Source: Ruminococcus albus 7 = DSM 20455 (GTDB taxonomy: Bacteria; Bacillota; Clostridia; Oscillospirales; Ruminococcaceae). Taken from it: a stretch of 32,000 nt of DNA. Positions 27,531 through 32,000 of this stretch are shown piece after piece (the first letter of the stretch is position 1; the number at the start of each line of letters is the position of its first letter). Location: assembly GCF_000179635.2 (NCBI RefSeq), contig NC_014833.1:3330001-3362000 (forward strand), read 5' to 3'. The notes below the pieces were generated by a model. That model saw nothing but the letters and a program-made list of their open reading frames with translations, did not search any database and had not been told where the DNA came from. A program made the position numbers and the translations under genes.

Positions 27531-27535
27531 ATCAT
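27509..27535. promoter_or_regulatory. Perfect 27-bp palindrome overlapping the promoter spacer and -10 box (candidate operator)
   Basis: ATGATATTATACG-T-CGTATAATATCAT has 13-bp arms with no mismatch. Its position fits autorepression by the downstream PadR-family regulator. Confidence 0.55.
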
Positions 27536-27665
27536 CAGAGCAAAGATATTGCACAACTCAAAATACTGTGAGAGAAAATATATTACACAGTATACTGCAC
27601 TGCAGAGCAAAAGAGACGAGATGACACAAAACAAAAGAAACGCCTTAGGGCAAGGAGAATGACTT

Positions 27666-28031
27666 ATGCACAGAGTAATTAAAGAAAGGAGCAGAAATAT
27701 GGGATTTCCGGTCAATGCAGGATTGCTTGATGCTATGGTGCTTTCAGTGGTCCGTAACGACGATACCTACGGATATGAGATAACCCAGTTTCTCAGAAAA
27801 GCCGTTGATATCTCCGAATCGACCCTCTACCCCGTACTCCGAAGGCTCCAGAAAAATGAGTTTCTGGAAACATACGATAAGGAGTTCATGGGAAGGAACC
27901 GAAGATATTACAGAGTCACCCCGAAAGGGAACGAGGCACTGGAGGAATACCGCCGTGAATGGCAGGCACATAAAGAGAAGGTAGACAGTATATTGATGAA
28001 CAAGGGGGCGGACGACAATGAACAGACTTGA
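27666..28031 (+). CDS. PadR family transcriptional regulator
   Basis: Winged-HTH signature: LLDAMVLSVVRNDDTYGYEITQFL ... STLYPVLRRLQKNEFLETY ... RRYYRVTPKG. The alternative start at 27699 (MGFPVNAG...) has the RBS AAAGGAG and is at least as likely. Confidence 0.9.
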   Translation: MHRVIKERSRNMGFPVNAGLLDAMVLSVVRNDDTYGYEITQFLRKAVDISESTLYPVLRRLQKNEFLETYDKEFMGRNRRYYRVTPKGNEALEEYRREWQAHKEKVDSILMNKGADDNEQT

Positions 28032-28875
28032 ATTTCTTACAAGCCTCAGATATAACCTTGAAAAAGGCGGGCTGCCCCGCGAGGATATCGAGGATGCGCT
28101 CAGCTATTATGAGGAGATTTTCCTTGATGCAGGCTACGGCAGTGACGAACAGACAGCTCAGACTCTGGGTGACCCCGAAACACTTGCCAAGGAGATACTT
28201 GTTGAAAACGGCATCCACCCCGACGGTGACGCCGCCTTTGAAGTAGGCACTGCAAAAAGAGCTCCCTTTGAAGACGTTCAGGATGTTGCATTTGAAGAAG
28301 TCGGCAAGGAGAATACCACCCAAAACAATACCGGCAATTACAATTACGGCTACGGCTATACAGGTGCCGAAAATACCAACACCGCAAATAACGGTCCGTA
28401 CGCTTCTGCTGCAGCCTCCGGTATATTCTTTGATGCAGCCACAAAAGCAAATCAGGCGATCAGCAGTGCTATCCACGATGCTAAAAACGCTTTTGAAAAA
28501 GGCTTCAACGATTCCAAAATGACATCAGAACAGAAAACACAGCGCAACAATAATTTCGCCAAGATACTGCTCGTAATACTTACCTTCCCCTTGTGGATAG
28601 GTCCGGTGGTAGGCTTGTTCGGAGCACTCATTGGTCTGGTGGCTGCACTGTTTTCCGTAGTCATAGCCCTTATCGCAGGCGGCGTATCACTTCTGGCAAC
28701 AGGTATAGCCCATCTCTTCATAGCTCCGCCCATCGGTATAATGATGATAGGCGGCGGTCTTATCGCCATGGGCATCTTCGGTCTTGTGGCAAGACCCGGC
28801 TTCACAGGCATCAGAAAGCTGGCAGGCGCTTTCATAAACGGCATACGCCGCCTTTTCGGAAAGTTATTCGGATGA
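28018..28875 (+). CDS. DUF1700 (HAAS)-domain membrane protein
   Basis: The N-terminus MNRLEFLTSLRYNLEKGGLPREDIEDALSYYEEIFLDAG ... LGDPETLAKEIL is typical of DUF1700. An Asn/Gly/Tyr-rich linker and Gly-rich C-terminal transmembrane helices follow. The gene overlaps padR by 14 nt. Confidence 0.8.
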   Translation: MNRLEFLTSLRYNLEKGGLPREDIEDALSYYEEIFLDAGYGSDEQTAQTLGDPETLAKEILVENGIHPDGDAAFEVGTAKRAPFEDVQDVAFEEVGKENTTQNNTGNYNYGYGYTGAENTNTANNGPYASAAASGIFFDAATKANQAISSAIHDAKNAFEKGFNDSKMTSEQKTQRNNNFAKILLVILTFPLWIGPVVGLFGALIGLVAALFSVVIALIAGGVSLLATGIAHLFIAPPIGIMMIGGGLIAMGIFGLVARPGFTGIRKLAGAFINGIRRLFGKLFG

Positions 28876-28891
28876 TAAGGAGGACAACATT

Positions 28892-29671
28892 ATGAATAAT
28901 ATAGATCTTGAAGAAAAGACATATACCACCACCCGCAGAGGTTTCCCCGTTTTCTCCCTAGGAATGATAGTCGTCGGTGCAGTCATGCTGATCGGCGGTG
29001 CAGTGTTCTATAAAACATCTGACAGATCAAAATACACCAACGTCAATACCATATCCGTTTCCGAGGAGATCGACCTAGGCAAGACAAGATCCGTGGATAT
29101 CAAAGCCTCCGCAGGCAAACTGGAGATACGCAGAAGCAATGACGATAAGGTACACCTTGAAGGTAATGTACCCAAGGACTACGTCCTCAAAGAAAGCGGC
29201 GGAATTCTCCGCGTCGGACTCGAACGTGATTTTTATATCAGCTTTGATTTCATGCAGCTGGGCGCCGTCATAGACGCAGTCCTCTACCTCCCCGATACCG
29301 AGTACAATAATATTAAGCTGGATGCAGGCGCAGGCGAGATAACCGTTTCAGAAGTAAAGTGCGATACCGCTTCCCTTGATACGGGAACAGGTGAACTGAA
29401 CATCAGTGATATTGAATGCAAAGGCTTGCTTGATGCCGATATCGGCACAGGCGAACTGGATATCTCCAACGCAAAAACAGGCGGTCTGAAGGTAGACCTC
29501 GGCACAGGCGATTTCACATTCAACGGTGAGGTCAACGGCGATATAAATGTTGACTGCGGTGTAGGCGACTGCAATATAAACCTCACCAACGATAAAGATG
29601 AATTCAATAAGAAATACTCCATAAAAACCGATACAGGTATAGGCGATGTCAAAGTCACCTTCAATAACTGA
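28892..29671 (+). CDS. DUF4097 / Toastrack beta-repeat protein with N-terminal transmembrane anchor
   Basis: One transmembrane helix, then repeated xDxGxGxLxI strands (LDAGAGEITV, LDTGTGELNI, ADIGTGELDI, VDLGTGDFTF, VDCGVGDCNI). AAGGAGG RBS. Confidence 0.8.
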   Translation: MNNIDLEEKTYTTTRRGFPVFSLGMIVVGAVMLIGGAVFYKTSDRSKYTNVNTISVSEEIDLGKTRSVDIKASAGKLEIRRSNDDKVHLEGNVPKDYVLKESGGILRVGLERDFYISFDFMQLGAVIDAVLYLPDTEYNNIKLDAGAGEITVSEVKCDTASLDTGTGELNISDIECKGLLDADIGTGELDISNAKTGGLKVDLGTGDFTFNGEVNGDINVDCGVGDCNINLTNDKDEFNKKYSIKTDTGIGDVKVTFNN

Positions 29672-29729
29672 CAGATATCTCACAGAATAAAAGTAAAACG
29701 TATCAACATAAATACACGGAGAACAATTT

Positions 29730-30458
29730 ATGACCAAAGATATAAAAAAAGAGCGCGTATGGAAAAAAGGCAGAACAACAAGCGCGGCAAGTCTGGCAAA
29801 ACAGCGTGAGAATGACATCGTAAGCCTTACTATGGGCGCCATGGGCAGCATTGTAGGTGTGTTCATGCTGTATATGTTCAACACAAAAATAGCAAATATG
29901 CCCGTCCCGCTTCGCGCCCCTCTGATGTTCGTCCTTTACTGGGCTGTCGCTGTGATACCGATAATAATTATCCGTCAGGATAAAATGCGCCCTGCCGACC
30001 TTGGATTTGAAAAGGAAGGTATCATCAGACAGATACTTATCGGCATCGGACTGGGTCTTGCGACCTCACTTGTGCTGACAGGCATACCTGTTCTCGCAGG
30101 CTTCGGAGAGTACGTAAACAGCGGCAAGTCCTATGACGAATTATGGAAGTTCGTATACGAATTCGCTTACTGCATACTTTCGGTAGGCGCCGCAGAGGAA
30201 CTGGTTTTCCGCGGCTTTATATACAGTAAACTGAAAAGCCTTTTCGGCAAAGAGATATATGCCGTCGTAGGTTCGTCCCTCCTCTTCGGACTTTTCCATG
30301 TATTCAGAGGAAATATAGCACAGATCTTCGTCACCGCAGTGATAGGCTTCATATTCTGCACCTACAAAAATAAGATAAAGGGCTGTACACTCCTGTCACT
30401 GATGATATGCCACGGCGTATACGATGCCATGATAACCGTATGGGCATTGTACAAATAA
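29730..30458 (+). CDS. CPBP family intramembrane glutamic endopeptidase (CAAX protease-like)
   Basis: Polytopic membrane protein with the three CPBP motifs: AAEELVFRGFIY, FGLFH and HGVYD. Confidence 0.85.
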   Translation: MTKDIKKERVWKKGRTTSAASLAKQRENDIVSLTMGAMGSIVGVFMLYMFNTKIANMPVPLRAPLMFVLYWAVAVIPIIIIRQDKMRPADLGFEKEGIIRQILIGIGLGLATSLVLTGIPVLAGFGEYVNSGKSYDELWKFVYEFAYCILSVGAAEELVFRGFIYSKLKSLFGKEIYAVVGSSLLFGLFHVFRGNIAQIFVTAVIGFIFCTYKNKIKGCTLLSLMICHGVYDAMITVWALYK

Positions 30459-30465
30459 AAATATA

Positions 30466-30591
30466 GGCATCCTGCTGATACACCAAATTAACCGCAGTTA
30501 TCCTTTACCCGCCGCAGGCGGGGAAAGGATAACATAAACACGACGTTCCCTGGTATATAGCACTTTGTGGTGATGTGATAAAGGGATGACC
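30466..30591. mobile_element. MITE-like intergenic element, copy 2 (alternative reading: structured ncRNA)
   Basis: The left end GGCATCCTGCTGATACACCAAATTAACCG and the right end GTATATAGCACTTTGTGGTGATGTGATAAAGGGATGACC match the ends of 10826-11019. It contains the hairpin GTTATCCTTT-ACCCGCC-GCAG-GCGGGG-AAAGGATAAC. The identical 11-mer AAATAAAAATA flanks it (30453-30463 and 30594-30604). Confidence 0.45.
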
Positions 30592-30659
30592 GTAAATAAA
30601 AATAAAAGCGTCCTGCAATAAATAAAGAGAATGCAGGCATAATAAAGGAGAAAACAAAC

Positions 30660-31628
30660 ATGAGCAAAGCAGCAAAGGCAGCCGGCAGGATACTGCGCAT
30701 CATCGGCAGGATCATCCTGTGGATATTCATAGTCCTCATATCACTTCTGGTGATATGCGGCGTGGTCAATAAAATAATGCAGCAGGGCGAAAAAGACCTG
30801 CTGAAGGATGACCGCTGTCATATGGTGGAAGTAGACGGAAAAAATATGAGCATATACACCGAGGGCAGCGGCGAACACACCATAGTACTCATGTCAGGCT
30901 GGGGAACACCCTCACCCATGTACGATTTCAGACCCCTGTACGAAAAACTCAGCGATGACTGTAAGATAGCAGTCCTCGAAAAGTTCGGCTACGGCTTCAG
31001 CGATAAAACAGACGGCGAAAGAGATATAGATACCCTTGTCCGTCAGGACAGAGAAGCCCTGCAGAAGGCTGGCATAGAAGCCCCATACGTACTTTGCCCC
31101 CACTCCCTTTCGGGTCTTGAAGCTACCTACTGGGCTCAGATGTATCCCGATGAAGTCGAAGCCATTATCGGACTTGATATGAGCACATCGGTGCTTATGG
31201 AGCTTGAAAGCGACAATATGCTAACCTTTGAAAAGGTGCTCGGCAAGACCGTAGCCCTTTCGGGCATCAACAGACCCATGCTTGCTTTATCGGATCTGCC
31301 CGAGTGCCGTAACGCCGAGGAAAAGAAACAGTATATAGCCGTATATTCCGCCAACGACGGCAACAGTACCGTCCTGAGAGAGGCTGACAGCCAGAAAGCC
31401 AACTGCGAAAAGATAAAAAGCCTGCCCCTGCCCAAGACTCCCACTCTGCAATTCATATCAGGCACTAACAGGGATAACGAACGCTGGGTAGATTCTCACC
31501 GCGAGATGACAGATGCTTCTTCCCACGGCAGAATGGTACAGCTCGACTGCGGACACTACGTCCACCACTACGAATCCGAAAAGATAGCCAAAGAGATAAG
31601 ATCTTTCCTGAGCGAACTGAAAAAATAA
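30660..31628 (+). CDS. Membrane-anchored alpha/beta hydrolase
   Basis: 322 aa. N-terminal transmembrane helix, then VLMSGWG (oxyanion region), a nucleophile elbow CPHSLSGLEA, and a C-terminal LDCGHYVHH (catalytic His region). AAAGGAG RBS. Confidence 0.8.
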   Translation: MSKAAKAAGRILRIIGRIILWIFIVLISLLVICGVVNKIMQQGEKDLLKDDRCHMVEVDGKNMSIYTEGSGEHTIVLMSGWGTPSPMYDFRPLYEKLSDDCKIAVLEKFGYGFSDKTDGERDIDTLVRQDREALQKAGIEAPYVLCPHSLSGLEATYWAQMYPDEVEAIIGLDMSTSVLMELESDNMLTFEKVLGKTVALSGINRPMLALSDLPECRNAEEKKQYIAVYSANDGNSTVLREADSQKANCEKIKSLPLPKTPTLQFISGTNRDNERWVDSHREMTDASSHGRMVQLDCGHYVHHYESEKIAKEIRSFLSELKK

Positions 31629-31676
31629 TACACCCTATGAAACCGTGGGTCCACCCACGACCGAGAGGAACGACAA

Positions 31677-31847
31677 ATGAAAAAACTGAAAAAATACGCA
31701 AAGACCATTCTGCAGATACTTCTGGTACTGGCAGCGGTCCTGCTGATATGGTCATTAGCCCTCAGGGCAGCCAAGCCCAAAAGCAGTACCTCACTGATGG
31801 ATCCGCCTTTCAGTATGTGGCGGCTCACCCCCAATGTCCGAAAATGA
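31677..31847 (+). CDS. Possible 56-aa single-pass membrane peptide
   Basis: Not in the ORF track because it is under 60 aa. MKKLKKYAKTILQILLVLAAVLLIWSLALRAAKPKSSTSLMDPPFSMWRLTPNVRK has a GAGAGGAA RBS-like sequence 6 nt upstream, a basic N-terminus and one hydrophobic helix. Confidence 0.3.
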   Translation: MKKLKKYAKTILQILLVLAAVLLIWSLALRAAKPKSSTSLMDPPFSMWRLTPNVRK

Positions 31848-31920
31848 TTATTTTACAGATATTAGTTTCATAACATCGACCGCTCAGATATAAACAGACA
31901 AATAATAAGGAGGATACAAA

Positions 31921-32000
31921 ATGAACGAAAAGAAATTTTACAGAGTAAGAAACGGTTCCATGATAGCAGGTGTGTGCTCAGGACTCGGCGCATATCTCAA
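31921..32000 (+). CDS. PspC-domain protein, N-terminal fragment; continues beyond the window
   Basis: MNEKKFYRVRNGSMIAGVCSGLGAYL matches the conserved start of PspC domains (LYR..........I.GVC.GLA.Y). A strong AAGGAGG RBS lies 7 nt upstream. Confidence 0.7.
   Translation, partial: MNEKKFYRVRNGSMIAGVCSGLGAYL

Noticed and set aside
27515-27715. 66-aa hydrophobic minus-strand ORF
   Set aside because: It runs antisense across the padR start, leader and promoter. It has no RBS, and its composition reflects the A+T-rich leader.
27916-28844. Minus-strand ORFs of 186, 116 and 130 aa inside the DUF1700 gene
   Set aside because: They are antisense to a gene with a typical DUF1700 N-terminus and operon context. 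The Gly/Ala/Ile-rich coding strand generates open antisense frames.
30488-30769. 93-aa minus-strand ORF
   Set aside because: It spans the repeat element and the antisense strand of the hydrolase N-terminus. It has no RBS and its sequence is low-complexity.
31644-31659. Hairpin CGTGGGT-CC-ACCCACG after the hydrolase gene as a terminator
   Set aside because: The loop is too small and there is no following T-tract. The next ORFs follow closely on the same strand.

Overview
This window looks like a chromosomal segment from an anaerobic Gram-positive bacterium. It is probably a Ruminococcus/Oscillospiraceae-like member of the Clostridia. That inference rests on a secreted protein with a C-terminal dockerin, a trimeric HydABC-type [FeFe] hydrogenase operon, a spoVAC homologue and AGGAGG-type ribosome-binding sites (RBS). 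I support 29 coding regions, one of them a probable frameshifted pseudogene. I found no rRNA or tRNA genes, no CRISPR array, and no transposase or integrase gene.

Gene content, left to right:
- pheA 3' end, ispF, a GNAT acetyltransferase and a lipoprotein
- hydCBA (minus strand)
- a cytidylate-kinase-like protein, a histidine phosphatase and a second GNAT
- an aldose-1-epimerase-family gene followed by dtd
- a membrane GGDEF diguanylate cyclase and radC
- a Cys/Met-metabolism PLP enzyme, a LysR regulator and a YfhO-family membrane protein
- two tandem cyclophilin lipoproteins (three cyclophilin domains in total)
- a dockerin protein with an unassigned repeat domain, then typA
- a low-G+C stretch holding an apparently frameshifted APH-like kinase, a lone spoVAC and about 1.2 kb of non-coding DNA
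- a PadR / DUF1700 / DUF4097 envelope-stress module followed by a CPBP protease, a membrane-anchored alpha/beta hydrolase, a tiny transmembrane ORF and the start of a PspC-domain protein

Most unusual signals:
1. A short intergenic element occurs twice (10826-11019 and 30466-30591). It has terminal inverted repeats and flanking direct repeats, so it is either a MITE-like element or a structured RNA.
2. The 1.2-kb ORF-free region (26443-27665) contains three degenerate tandem repeats of about 220-320 bp.
3. The padR promoter is a perfect TTGACA-17-TATAAT. A perfect 27-bp palindrome overlaps it and an array of TGCAA motifs flanks it.

All calls come from reading the sequence and the supplied translations. 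No database search was run.
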